A stretch of 64,000 bases of DNA from Raja brachyura (GCA_963514005.1 OY740781.1:182342001-182406000), one strand, 5' to 3'; shown: positions 50,948-64,000, counted from the first letter of the stretch. Numbers and translations: made by a program. The notes: generated from the sequence alone by a model not told the origin.

Positions 50948-51464
50948 GTTGGTAGCATAAATCTCCTACTAAATCAGCAGTAATTCTTCAATCTACTTGT
51001 AAAATTAATGTTGTGATGAAATCTGAAGTTGGTGTTGTGGAGGCACTGGTCGAGTCCTTTTTGGTATTTATGATGAGAGCAAAAAATACAGTAGGTCATA
51101 GCAGTCTATGAGCCGTAAAATCAAAACTGCCAGCAAAACATAGTGGCTCAAGCAGCATTAGGGGAGGCACGGGGATGGTCACATTTCGGGTTAAGACCCT
51201 GAATCAAGACAAATAACCTACATATAGCTGTGAGCCGGAGATGTGAGACGGAGCTGGTAGCTGCTTGGTAGAACCAGATGGGGCAGGTGAGGATTAACAG
51301 GCAGATGAAGCCAGGCAGGGTTGGGGATGGGAAAGGTAAACCATGGGAGAAGAAACACAGGCAGCTCGGTATCTGCGTGATGGGTAGATGGAATCAGTGG
51401 AGACGGGTGATGAGTCTTGGCAACAAGGGGTAAGGGGAGGAATGGAAAATGTGAACAAAAGAAG

Positions 51465-51985
51465 AAAGACTGCAGATGCTGGAATTTTGATCAAAGGATA
51501 AAAGACTGGAAGCAGCATCGTTGGAGGGAATGGACCCGATGTTTTGGCCCAAAACCCTTCTTCAGACTGACTTCAGATGGAAGGAAGAGAGAGCCCGGGT
51601 GGATTGCGGGGAGAGGGAACAGGGTATAAGTGGAGCAGGTTACCTGAATTTGAAAATTGGGATGTTCATACTATTAGGTTGTAGGCTGCAGAAAGGGAAG
51701 GTAACGTGCTGTTCTTGCAGTCTGAGTTGGGCCCCCGTGTGACAGTAGTGAAGGCCAAAGACAAAGTGGTTGGTTTGGTAATAGGAACAGGAGTTGAAAT
51801 GGTATGCAACCGGAAGCTCAAGTTGGCTATTGCAGACAGAGTGACGGTGTTATGCAAAACACACACTTAGTCTACATATGGTCACGGCAATGTAATGGAG
51901 GCCACATTGTGAACATCAAAAGCAATAGACTAGGTTGGAGGGGACGCCTCACTTGGGAAGACATATTTAGGTCCTTGGAGGGTGG
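51465..51985 (-). mobile_element. Degenerate Penelope GIY-YIG fragment and tail
   Basis: Minus strand gives EQHVTFPFCSLQPNSMNI; tail contains cccttcttcagactga and ctgcagatgctgg. Confidence 0.6.
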
Positions 51986-52371
51986 TGAGCGAGATAATGG
52001 TATAAGAGTTGCATGTTTTTACTGTGAATTTTAAACAAGCATAAAGTGCCACGCACATCAAAAATTTACAACAGTGGTGGTAAGATTAACTTACTCAACG
52101 TCAACCCCATTCAGGTTATTAATTTATTTCAAACTGCAAAAATAAGGAATTATTTCTAAATATATATGAAAAGGCTAAACTGAGAAAAGCAGATATTGCC
52201 ATTTGCCTCCTCAAATCTGCTCTGCCAAAATAAGATAATGGCTAATCTAGCCTGGGTTTCCACTCAATTTGCCTGTCTGTATATTATAACCTTTAACTCC
52301 CTTAGTGCTCAAGTATTTCAAACATATACTCAATAATTCAGCAATTCCTTCTATATATCCAAGTAGTTACT

Positions 52372-52735
52372 CATGGGCCACGGAACAGAGTGGACCACAT
52401 TTTGAGGTGGGGGATGGCCTGCATTATTATCTCCTAGTTTTTGGAGGTCGAGCAATAACAAAAATAATAATCACCTGCTCCTATCTGCCATGCAGGCCCC
52501 ACATTATTTTAAAAATACTTCAAACAAAGAACATTAAAATCATACTTCTACAATGCACTAAAACATGAATTTATTTCATAAAAAGTCAAAAAGTCCCTAC
52601 CGTGGGAGGGGAGGGGGCGCCCCACTCCCACACCCTCCCCCCACTCAGTCACTCCACTCCCTCGCTGGTACCCCAAAGGCCAGTGATCAATAATCACACA
52701 GCCCCCACGCTTTCAAAAACGCTCTGTGGCCCCTG
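52372..52735. mobile_element. Possible hAT-like non-autonomous element
   Basis: Imperfect TIRs CATGGGCCACGGAAC / GCTCTGTGGCCCCTG; target duplication ambiguous. Confidence 0.4.
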
Positions 52736-52804
52736 CTACTCGTGACCAAAAACTTAAACCCCAAAAGAAATACTCTGAAATGACTCTCCCTGCTCTCCTA
52801 AAAA

Positions 52805-52907
52805 GTTGAAGGTAGGCAAAATTGCTGGAGAAACTCAGCGGGTGTGGCAGCATCTATGGAGCGAAGGAGATAGGCGACGTTTGGGGCCGAAACCCTTCTT
52901 CAGACCT
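52805..52907 (-). repeat. Penelope-tail repeat with hammerhead-like core carrying one core mutation
   Basis: Reverse complement GGT-CTGAAGA-A-GGGT(TTCG)GCCC-cAAAC-GTC-GCC. Confidence 0.7.
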
Positions 52908-54509
52908 AAAAAGTTGTTGTTTTAGCCAGATTGATCAAAGGTGTTCAATTAGTTTACCAAACCTGCAAATGACACCTACATCTATCAGCAATAAATACTG
53001 GATATGCAGACTTGTCCACAGTAGATCAATGGAAAGTAATGGCTAGGAATGATTTGTGGCTTTAAAGGCACTCTAAAGGGTTGATGGCCAGTCCATCTTC
53101 GTACTTTTCAATCTTGGGCCTTCCACAGCAAAAACATAGCAGTCCCCAAGGCTTGCTTGTGGCAAAGTATCGACAGCACCAAGCTTGGGCTAATCAGTGG
53201 TGAATAATTGTTTATACCATAAAATTGCCAAGTTATGATTTCACAGAAAAACTAACCACTACCATAGTCATATCTCTAATTATCAACATTCTAGAGGGAG
53301 CATTATTGATCAGAAACTTAATTGAAATGGCCACACAAATATTGAGTTTGCATTCAGATTTTTGACTAACGTTTCCGGGACAAGAGGCTCATCCACTGAC
53401 TCCACAAATCCCCTGACTCAGATCCATTCTGCCATCCATGTGACATATCAGGAACATAATGGAATGTTCTTGATTTGCTTGGATAAATGCAGCACCTGCA
53501 GCACATTAAAAAGATTGACATTATCAACAACAAAGCTGACCTCTGTCTCACACGTCACATTAAACCTTCATAATTGGCACTCCACTGTTGCTGTGCATAT
53601 TATCTACAAAATATCCTCCAGCACTCACGAAGCCTTCTTTGACAAAACCTCTCAAACTTGCAACCTTGTGCTCTCTATTACCTGGAAGGCCAAGTTCAGC
53701 AATTGCATTGGGAATTGTCACCACTTTCAAGTTCCCCTCTACATTACACAAAATTATACTTGGAATTGTATTGCCATTGCTTGAGCATCATTGAGTCAAA
53801 ATTGGGACTCCCCACCTAACGCCACCGTGCAACACCGCAACTTTCTCAAAGGCACTTCAGGATTACATTCCATTTTTCTCAGATCCATACTGTATGTATG
53901 AACAGAAAAAAGCAAATCTATGTAAAATATTTGGCAAATCTTTGTTAAATAATTAGCAAAACTTTGACTTCCCAATAGTTCCCAATGTAATAGGATCAAG
54001 TTGGCATCCATAATTTAAGTAGAGGCTACTGTTGTTAGTTTTGATAGTAATTCTTTTTGAAAGAATATAATAATAAGATTTATATTCTTGGAAAGTTAAG
54101 TTGTAGATAAGTACAGAGCATAAGTACATAAGTACATCTTGCCAGAGTGCATAATAGTGTCAGTGTAATGAGGCCAATTTTTATCCGGTTTTCGTCCAAA
54201 GTCAAAATTACTTCCATTGTATGTTTTTTACATACCAAATTTTGCACAAAGTCTTCTCAGTGTTGTAGATACGAATGGTTGATGATACCTTCTTTTCTTA
54301 AAATAAAATAAGAATCCACTTAATTTCCACGTCTACCTCACTTGGTCCTGGAAATATCGTTGCTACATTTATTTGCATATTTTCTGTGGCCTCTGACAAT
54401 GTCATTTTATAAAAGTTCTTCAGAAAAATGCTTTATATACAAATTCACCGTTGGTTTTATCGTGATATTATTTCCTGAACCTTTTATATCCTGTTGATTT
54501 ATTCTGTAG

Positions 54510-54684
54510 GTCGTAGCTCGTGATGATGACCAAGGCCTAAACGGTCAGTTGACTTATACAATTGTTGATGGAAATGACAAAGGAGCGTTTACTCTAACAT
54601 CCAGTGGGCAGTTGAGCCTAGTCGTGAGCCTCGATCGAGAAACAACAGCAGAGTTTGTCCTGACTGTCATTGCTACCGATGCAG
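54510..54684 (+). CDS. FAT4: FAT4 coding exon, 175 bp, phase 0/1
   Basis: Acceptor attctgtag and donor G|gtaaaa. VVARDDDQGLNGQLTYTIVDGNDKGAFTLTSSGQLSLVVSLDRETTAEFVLTVIATDA, in frame with the previous exon. Confidence 0.95.
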
Positions 54685-54843
54685 GTAAAAGAACCCGACA
54701 GATCTGCATTTCAATGTCGCTTACTCTGCTTTATGAATGTAAAATTAGTTTGAATATATGAAAACTGAAGGTAAATTCCTAACACTGACAAGGCTGTAAT
54801 TTGCAGAATGATGTACAGAAGTCAGTAAGTCCAGTTTTCGTAA

Positions 54844-55040
54844 AGGGCCTGTCCCACTGTACGAGGTAATTCAAGAGTTCTCCCGAGTTTTCCCCTGATT
54901 CGAACTCGGAGAATGTCCGCAGCGAGTCGCTACGAGACATCCACGAACTCCTACGGACCCGCTACAGACATTCTCCGAGTTCGAATCAGCGGAAAACTTG
55001 GGAGAATTCTTGAATTACCTCGTACAGTGGGACAGGCCCT
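54844..55040. mobile_element. Palindromic PIF/Harbinger-type MITE, 197 bp
   Basis: AGGGCCTGTCCCACTGTACGAGGTAATTCAAGA... arms of about 84 bp are reverse complements with few mismatches; exact TAA duplication at 54841-54843 and 55041-55043. Confidence 0.93.
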
Positions 55041-57347
55041 TAACACTGGAAGTTTCTATGTGTCAGGGTCTTAAGATGGAGAACCGTGAACCAGATATAC
55101 CTGATTCCTGTCCTTGATTCTCCAATGTCTGACTGCCTGACTTTCTGGCAAAACCTCTGACAGAAAGTAGACTTATGTGAAATTTATCCTATACTTAGTG
55201 AGAACTTCAAAATTATCTTCCTTCAAAACTTTTGTATGCTAAAAGTAACCAAAGTTACTTTTAATTCTTTAAATACAGTCAATTAATATGTCAAATCCAA
55301 GTAATTTAACTTGATCATTTCAGTGGAAGGACAATGAGATTGTTACATTGTGGCACAACAATTAAGCAATTCACAGAAAACTTTATTTTGCCTTGCTTAC
55401 TTCATTAGCGTTTCTTCTGACAGCTGGCAATGTAGCTCCCATTAACATATTGGGAGTAACTCTACATGTTACGGCTGCAGTGTGAAGTCTTGCCTGCCGC
55501 TATCAAATTGGGAATTACAATGTTCTGTTCATTTCAAAAAATGGAAAAATGTGGACATATGACATTAAGTTACAATTTTGCCTGCTGTTGGATAGGATTC
55601 TCTGATGCTAGAGAGAACCCTCTCTGGGTTAGGAACAATGGAAAACTAAACTGATTGGTGTAAATCAGTGTTTTGGTGTCAAGCAATCTTGGACTGCTCA
55701 ATAAAATTAATGGATGCGTGGCTACATTTATATATCTGCTGCTGTTATATTCCAAAGCACTTAACACACTGAATTTGATCACCACAAGATGCACTGAAGC
55801 TGAACAAGCTAAATAACCCGTTGTCTGGTAATAGTTCTGTGTAGATGAAAACACAAAGCCAGTAATTTTACTTTTCTTCAATGGATCACTCCCACCTGGG
55901 ATGATTTATCTGCAACTCTGCCACTTTTAATATTTTGATGTTACTCCAGACATGTTAGGAATTACTGGACAAACAAAGAAGACAGCTCATACTTTTTACC
56001 GTTAATTAAGTTGGGAGTTATGATATAACAATAATGAAAATATTGACTACTCAAAGCAAGCATCAAAATTAATTGCACTTTAACAGAGCCAGATGACAAC
56101 TGAAGAAAACCTCAGTGATGTTCAGCTTTGGGATCATTATTGAAAATTATCTGAGTTTTTCCAACTATGCTATATTTATGTTTTAAATTTTGTGGCCTAC
56201 AATGTTATTTTCAGAAACAAATATTATCTAATTTATTCCAGGTACATCCTGGAATGCATTTGAAATATCTTTCTCAAGCCTGTAACCACAATACCTTTGT
56301 GTGCCTCCTGTATTTAATCTTCAACATTTATTTTGATTGTCTCTATTTTTTCCATCCATGGTGTTTAACCACGTGGTATATCTTCCCCAGGCGGGACCAA
56401 CTTATCACAAAAGAAATAATTCTGCCAACAAGTTTTAAAAAAATATGAGATCATTGAGTTTGTTAGCAGAGAAATAAAGTACAAAAACAAGGAAGTTCTG
56501 CCAAAACTTTATAGAACATAGAGGATTGTAGCTGAAGTATTTTGTGCATTTCTGGGTACCATGCTGTAGGAAACACATTAAAGTGCAGAAGAAATTTGCT
56601 AGAATAGTACAAGAGATGAGTGACTTTGGTTATAGAGTTGTTCTCCTTCATGCAGACAAAGTTGAGAGAAGAGTTAATAGAAATGTTCAAAAGTATGAAA
56701 GTTGTTGATAAAGGTGGGAGAGGCATAAGTGTTGGTAATCAAATGGTCGAGTTTTAAATGATGAGTATATGTGCTAGAGGGAAGAGAAGAAAAATGTTGC
56801 ATCAATTCATCATTCTGAAATTCAAATGCATAATATTGTTTTTCTTTTCCCATTGTGCCCACTTCTAATTATAATTCTCAATTACAGCGTTTTATTTAGC
56901 TGAATCTACTTGCAGCATTGAATTGCATTCTCATTTGGTGGAAATTTATAGAAACCTAGAAAATCATTTTTTTGTTTTCTAATGGCGTTAAAGTAGCTAT
57001 GTCTGTCACTCGATGCCCATATTCTGCCTTGCAAAATGAGCTTCAGCAAACCTGTTCAATTGATTCACTGCAAGATCATGCAGCTGCCAACATTTAACCT
57101 CACAACTGCAACCCAGAAAGCCAATACAAGCACCACTCGTCTCGCTGCTGGAGAGTGTGGCTGTTCAAGAATAGGGAGACCATGTAATCATGACAAATAG
57201 CAGAACTTTTTCACTTGGGCAGAGAGATTCGTAAAGATGGTGGAGTGGAATTGTGAAAGGGGATGGGTAGATGTGGAGACTATCCAGCTGTTCACTTGAT
57301 ATGTTTTTCTAAATGGCACTACTTGAGTGTAATCCAAGTTGTTTATT

Positions 57348-57520
57348 GCAGATAGACACAAAATGCTGGAGTAACTCAGCGGTACAGACTTTGACAAAGG
57401 GTCTCGACCCGAAACGTCACCCATTACTTCTATCCAAAGATGCTGCCTGTCCCACTGTTACTCCAGCATGTTGTGTCTATCTTGGATGTAAACTAGCATC
57501 TGCTGTTCCTTCCCACACAT
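57348..57520. repeat. Penelope-tail repeat, short inverted pair
   Basis: gatagacacaaaatgctggagtaactcagc...aagggtctcgacccgaaacgtcaccc...gttactccagcatgttgtgtctatc. Confidence 0.78.
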
Positions 57521-58399
57521 TGTTTGGTGCAGAACTATAGTTGGATGCAGGAAACAGGTCTACAACTTGGAGAAATGCAAAGTTCAATCAGAAGAGGTTA
57601 AATGGGATGAAATAAGAATTTAAAAAATGAAAGGTAAAGTGATGATTGGAGCTGATCTTTTCTGCTGAATGTTTTGACACATCTCATGAAACCCAGAGGA
57701 AATGAGGCAACATATCTTAGAAATATGAGAAAAACTCATAAAGATAGCAATTAAAATGAAGACATTGCGTGGATAGTTATATTACAAATCCATTAATAAA
57801 CTGAAGATGGAAACAATGTCTTTTAATCAAATGATGAATTTTACAATCACTTGCCAGTCATAATCTAGAGATTGGTTAATGTCTGGGTTAGCCATTGTGG
57901 TCCACGATGTGGCCAGCCAGAATTTGTTGCTAAAGTTTGGTTGCAATTTCTCATAATCACGTAGGTACTTTTTCTGTCCAATGCTCACAATCTCCTTATC
58001 TGTTACAATATTTCACAGTCCCAGGCTCTAGCAACCATTTACAGTCATTCATAGTCATACAGTGTGTGCCTAATCGCTTTTTGCACTTAGACCTCTCTCA
58101 CCATGCTTGGGAAGGCATACAATGTCAAGTTAGCTGCTCAATCGCAGCAGAACTTGCTTGCTGCAATTTTAATAATCTCGAGTGGTTTGAAAAGATAGTA
58201 ATGCAAGCAAAATTTCAGTAGAAAACACAAAGTCAGATAGATAAATGCTTCTGCGTGTGCAGACAACATTTGTAATGCCGACATATTCAGACATCTAATT
58301 GCTATGACAATCAGTTTGAATGAGATGCAAATGTAATAGAACATTGGGAACTTGCATTAGTTGGCAATTGTTCTTCTTCATCCTTTTGCTTAGTGTCAT

Positions 58400-58895
58400 A
58401 TAGGTAAGTGGCATAGAAACAGGCCCTTCAACCAACTCGTCCATGCGGACCAAGTTGCCTAACCAAACTCGTCTCACATGCCTGTGCCGGGTAGATGTCC
58501 CTCCAGATTATTTCTACCCATATAAATGTTGTAATTTTATGTACCTCTACCACTTCATCTGGCAGCTCGTTCCATGTATGCATCATCCCTTGTGTACAAA
58601 CGTTGCCCCTTAGAATCCTTAAAATAAATTCCCTTCTCACCTTAAACCCATGCCCTCCAGTTTTAGCTGGAGAAAAGACTGGCTGTTTAGGGTTTTTAGA
58701 GTCCCACCATTTCATGTGTAAGCCCTGCCCCGGTTTGTCTTACCAACATGCAACACCTGAATTAAATTTGATCTGCCATTCCTTGGTCCATTGGCATAGT
58801 CGATCAAGATCTCATTGCAATCTTAGACAACCTTCTTCACCATCTTCTATGCCACCATAGGGCCTGTTTCCATGCTGTATGACTCTGTGACTCTA
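58400..58895 (-). mobile_element. CR1 LINE 3' remnants
   Basis: GHGFKVRRE...RGNVCTQGMMHTWNELPDEVVE plus tail gaaacaggcccttc. Confidence 0.7.
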
Positions 58896-60036
58896 AATTC
58901 TCTGACCCAATGGTTCATGAATTACCAAACCTTTGCAGTTACATAGACTCCATGAGGCATTCAACGACAGAGCACAGTCACAAACATTCATATTAAGAGT
59001 TATCTTGAAGCTTGGGATTTCCAAATTTGCACATGTGTGTGCAAGATTCTTGAATTTACAGGCAACTGATGGTTGTTGTACACAGATCTGCCAGAATGTG
59101 TGTGTAAAAGCTGGACCACTTTTCTCAAGCAAAATCAAGCATCTGCTATTCAGTTATAGCTTGCCACCTTGAACAGTCAGCCCATCACATTGGCCTAGAC
59201 GCACATGAACCATAACCATCACTTCAAATCGCATCCAGATCTTCTTTGAATGTTTCCATCTCCTATAAAAGTGCACATGATTCACCTCGTCCTTTGAATT
59301 GTGGCTACATTACAGATTTTCTGCACTGTTTCAGGAGTTGCTGTCTGCATTTAAACTCCACAATTTACAATGCCTTTTTACCTCGCATAAGAATAATTTC
59401 ATTTTGTCACATGCTATTTAGACAGTTGTTTTAGCTGAAATAACATGCAGATGCTTCAGGGAGAATAAACGGTGCTTGCAAATACAATCTGTCTTTGAGG
59501 CAGTCTGAAGGGATTACGCATTAACATTGTGAAGCGCTAAGAAACCTCAAGCATATGCTTCTTTGACAAAAGATTGAACAGAAGCCAGAGTGCTAGGATG
59601 ATGGTTATTTTCAGTCTAAATATTGTTTAGATAGTTTTGTAAGTTCCATGTATTAAAGAAGCTGCAGAAGATCGTGTAATGTGCTTCCTGATTTTATGTA
59701 TCATTTTATCTATTTCGGTTGTTGTGTCTACTGTGTTAGATTTTAAGGTTACCTTTGCAAAATGCAGTTTAGAATAGTGTACATTTTGTTCAGATGTTCC
59801 TGTTGATATTGGAGCATGGGCCCAGAAAGATGTGCATGTCTTAATGCTTCTGTCAGTTTTAAACACTGACAGAAAAATAGTACTTTCATCACTTCCAACT
59901 TAACAGTTTTTAAAATGGCTTTGAAAATATGTTACTCCATTGGTATTCCATTAAGGTACACAATGTGTTTCTTTAGTAGCCATGTTGTTGCAATATCAGC
60001 ATGAAAATAAATTGACCACTTTTAAGGCACCTAGGA

Positions 60037-60711
60037 GTAGCAATGTTACAAAATTTTGAGATTTTAAAAATCAAGTCTGTAATTTATCCCATCAGATAAA
60101 GCATAAGAAGACGTTTAATTTGACACCTAATTCACTTTCATATCTTCAGTATTAAAAAAGTTATGGCTATTTTCATACTCGGAAATTAGCATCTTGTTCC
60201 CCATTGCTTTTCCATTGACTTAATTCAAAAGCTGTGATCTAGGACAGTCAAAAGCCTATAACTTTCTTAAAAATTAAGAGAACTCAATGAAATGGATTGA
60301 AGCATTCTGAAACAAATATGAAACAATCTTACTTGGATGACCTGAAATTAAAGCATATAATTAGTTAGTTGCCTAATTGTAGCTAATTACAAAATTCAAT
60401 TACTAGATCTAAACATCTATCCATTTCTTAAGAAAAGATAAACATTTTTAAATTGCCTAAATGTCCATATAACATGCACACAATAATTCACAATATAACA
60501 TGATTTTAAAATCTCATTTTCATGAATTTATAGGCCAAATGGAAGGAATTTATTGTTTAATTCCTGTAAATTAATGGCCATTTAATTCAATTTGCAAGTG
60601 GGTTTTAGTGGAATGCGGTGGATTGGAACGTTGCGGTTTGCGGTGAATTTAACCCACAGTCGGCAAGAAATACACTGCCGGTTCATATATATTTTTTGTC
60701 CCCATTTCGCA
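60037..60711. mobile_element. Truncated, inverted second copy of the 21845-22878 element
   Basis: Starts GTAGCAATGTTACAAAATTTTGAGATTTT and follows the reverse complement of about 22203-22878 up to ccccatttcgca. Confidence 0.9.
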
Positions 60712-62402
60712 TGACTGGCAGACTACAGAGTGGCTCTTTGCACCCCATTGTAGATTATGGCCTTTCACTGTCAGACGACTGGAGTAGCATGGTATGTGTT
60801 CATGAGAACAAGTAGTAATCGTGAAGAGTAGGAGGCGAGTTTGGGAGTGGGGTTGGTTAAGGGAAGTTAGATGTCATGGTGGCGGGAGCCAGTAGCGACC
60901 AATTCACTTTGGCTGCAATGTGCATCACTCCTCTTTCATTACCTATTCTTTCCATCATCTGCCCCTCCTCTTCATTCAAAGAGGCTCTGTCTTTTTGGGC
61001 TTCAACATTGTGCAGGGTATAGAATGCCTGACTGCACTGGTTAATTGTCATAGCAACAGCCTCAACTACAAAAATTATTTGGTGTGGAGACAGACCAGCC
61101 ATGTGCTGAAGTGTTAAACCTGTTAATTTCCCTGCATCAAGGAGGTGTGCCAGAATGACAGGTAGCTCTCCCTCCACTGTGAATCTCACCTTCTGCAGCC
61201 GTGGGGATATTGCTAGGAATATCACTGTCTGGAGACTGAGTGGGACCCGCATCTGGACTAGTGAGGCCCTCATCCTCCAGAAACGAATCCACTGGAGCAT
61301 TCTGTAGGTAACTGGGAATCTCACCTGATCTCCAATCAGGATAAGTTACTTGGAACCTCATCGTCCAGAGACTGGGTAAATTACTGGATATTTTACCAAA
61401 AGATATTTACATTTCTCACAAAAAATCAGCACAAACTTTTCGCACATACCCAGTATGGACAAATAAGAAGTTGGTAGTAATTGGCTTTACTGAGACGTTT
61501 ACTGGACCCCAAAATATCATCCAGCCAGATGGTTCTATCTTATATGGCTGTCTTATCCACCCCACTCTTCAACCCACCGGAGTATGGTTATTCTTCTTCT
61601 TTCCAACAGAAATAGACTATCTTCCACAGTCCTCTAACCAGTAGCTACATCCAGTTGCTCAGTTTGCATGCATTATCTGGCAACTGCTTGCAATTCTGAC
61701 ATAGACATAAAATTGATAATTTAATGGTGGTAACAACGGATAGAATATGCCACACAAGTAAAGTTAATATTTCTTCGGACTGCAGCTCATCCCCCTCTGA
61801 CCTGTGGAGGGCAGGGAGACCTACCACTTGTTTTTTTTAAGAAACAAATTCTCCTATGGTGACTAATCTCCTATGGTCCATTGCCCATGATTATAGAGCA
61901 AGCAAATATAAATGCTGAGTATTGTTGCAATTTGAGTAATTTGTCACTTTGTTGATTCCCTGAACTATTCTGAATACTTGAAACAGATGCTGACTTTGTG
62001 AAAAGCCGATGAAGAAGAAGATTATGTACCATGTCCATAGAGTGACCAGCTTAGCATTATCAGGAGGAAAGTCAGTGGCATATGGTTGGTTTAATCCACT
62101 GGAAAGAAAAATAACATGCAAAATATGCAAAAGCATTTCTTTAACAAAAAAAACTGTAGGTAAGTTATTAGAGAAACTCAGTTGGAAATAATAACTTTAG
62201 GTGAATTGCATGAAAGAAACAAATCAATGAAAATTGAAGATGTTCCAACTGTGTCCAATCCTGTAAGACACTGGCCTCTGAAAAGAAATACTAAAATATT
62301 TTTGAAGTATTCTTGTAAGTTAAGGGGCGAGGTTGGTTGGTGTACCAAGACTCCTTGAAATACTCAGCAGTGCATTGAAATAATTAATAATAGCTACCCT
62401 TA

Positions 62403-62800
62403 CTAGGACTAGACTAGGACTTTATTCCCTGGAGTACAGGACGTTGAGGATTGATCTTAGAGATGTGTATTAAATCATGAGAGGAATAGTTAGGGTGAAT
62501 GGACAGTGCCATTTTCCAGGAATAGAAGAATCAAGAACTAAGGTAATAGCTTCAAAGTGAAAGGTAAAAGATAGGAACCCAATGGTCAGCTTTTTCACAC
62601 AGATGGTGGTGGTTACATGGAATGAGTTACCAGGCAAAGTAATTGAGGCAGGTAGAATAATCCATTTTAAAATACATTTGGACAGGTACATGGATAGGAG
62701 AGGCTTAGAGAGTTTATGTCCAAACACGGGCATATGGGACGGTCTTACAAGGAGCATCTTGGTTGAGATGGATGAGTTGGGCAGAAAGACTGGTGAATGA
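62403..62800 (+). mobile_element. CR1 LINE 3' fragment
   Basis: LGLYSLEYRTLR and FFTQMVVVTWNELPGKVIEAG...FKIHLDRYMDRRGLE. Confidence 0.82.
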
Positions 62801-63584
62801 CACTGACCATACACATTTAAAGTAGAACATTAAAATCAGCTATCCCATGAAAACACTATCACATAGAGAAAAAGGCAATTTCATACAATATTTATGCAAA
62901 TTGTTTTCTGAATATTCTTTAAGACATTTGTTGACAATGCACAGCTGTTACTAAATGTAAAATCTAATATTCACAATTAAATGATTGGTCATTTGTTCCA
63001 TTATGTTGTATTTAGCATACAACAGTCTAGTTGGAAAACAAGTTCCATATTTGTTTTAATGTGTTTGACTGAACCAACATATCTGAATTAAATCAATTCT
63101 GTGTTCCACTTCATGCACGGTCAAGTTTGGTACAAAATATGATGACTGAAGATCATATTAAATAGGGGAATATATTTCCTTCACCTTGATTGTCAATGAT
63201 TTCAATCATTTAATGTTACCGGATTACCAAGTTCTCTCTAAAGAGCAGCTTTAAACTTTAAACAATTAACAATTGCAAAGTGTTATCATTATCATTCTTT
63301 TATCTGTTGTTCAAAGTGGAACTGACTGACATAAAAAGGTTTGATTCGCTGCCTTCGCTAGGATGATTTTCAACCCATATGCCATAACTATGCATTTGAT
63401 TATCTGTGCTAATTATCCAACGTGCTGGTAAATGCAGGGAACAGATTTATTGGGATGACAAGCTTTTGCAACAAAGCAGCTGCTGAAGCAGAGAGGCAGA
63501 CTGGTTCAAGAATTCAGAGTTATTCTATTGATATGACTAACTGGAGCACGTTAGCATAGTGTTTTCATTATTCTCGTGAAGTTT

Positions 63585-63800
63585 TCGGTCTTGGCACAGT
63601 AGCTGCTATCAATTCTCTGACTCGGAGGTTTGTGAGTTCTATCCCACCGCTGAGATCTGTTTATATAATGTAGGCTTACAGTCCATTGTGTCGCCAAAGG
63701 AAAGTAGCATTGTCTTTTGGATATGATGTTATATTATGACCCTGCTCATGAGCTAAATATTCATGTCTCATCTGTCTTGCTAGTAGCAGCAGTGCATTTT
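63585..63800 (+). mobile_element. Old Deu-domain SINE remnant (SacSINE1-like)
   Basis: tRNA-like head ttggcacagtag...gtgagttctatcccacc then taggcttacagtcca...gcattgtcttttggatatgatgtta; strongly diverged. Confidence 0.4.
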
Positions 63801-64000
63801 ACTCTGCTCTGAAATTCGGTTCCAGTGAATTCAATGGGACTGAATTTCAGAAGGTGGATGCCACATGCTGTTGATTAGTACTGCCAAGTGCGGATGAATT
63901 TCTAAGCAGTCTTCCCCCGCGACATCAAATGAATCCTGAAGAAGTATAAACCAAATCAGAACTAATATTAAGCTTCAGACAAAATATGACCAGCATTGTG

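Noticed and set aside
49991-50983. 330-aa ORF as a stand-alone cadherin gene
   Set aside because: It is one FAT4 exon plus intronic read-through; splice sites at 50025 and 50947 define the real limits. The same applies to the ORFs at 28309, 32202 and 54549.
53170-53870. 140-aa ORF at 53362-53784 and similar sequence at 26410-27060
   Set aside because: Looks like heavily decayed LINE sequence; too diverged for me to assign a family or call a gene.
54685-64000. Next FAT4 exon
   Set aside because: I found no further cadherin-motif exon with splice sites; it presumably lies beyond the window.

Overview
Eukaryotic, AT-rich, CpG-poor vertebrate DNA; the repeat content (CR1 LINEs, HE1/V-SINE-like and Deu-type SINEs, Penelope tails) suggests a cartilaginous fish such as a skate or ray (inference). 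The window lies inside the protocadherin gene FAT4 on the + strand. Five internal coding exons (19664-19795, 28294-28555, 32209-32559, 50025-50947, 54510-54684) have AG/GT boundaries and splice in frame into consecutive cadherin repeats; the rest is intron. The introns contain a full-length decayed Tc1 element, CR1 and Rex/Babar LINE remnants, a Penelope GIY-YIG fragment, eight PIF/Harbinger-type MITEs sharing one terminal motif, an unclassified 1-kb TIR element in two copies and a near-identical 610-bp tandem duplication. The most notable signal is that the abundant short Penelope-tail repeat carries a minimal hammerhead ribozyme core (CTGAAGA-stem II-GAAAC-GTC), with more than ten copies on both strands. 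Most ORFs in the supplied track are spurious or transposon-derived. Boundaries of old repeats are approximate and family names come from motif recognition, not a database search.
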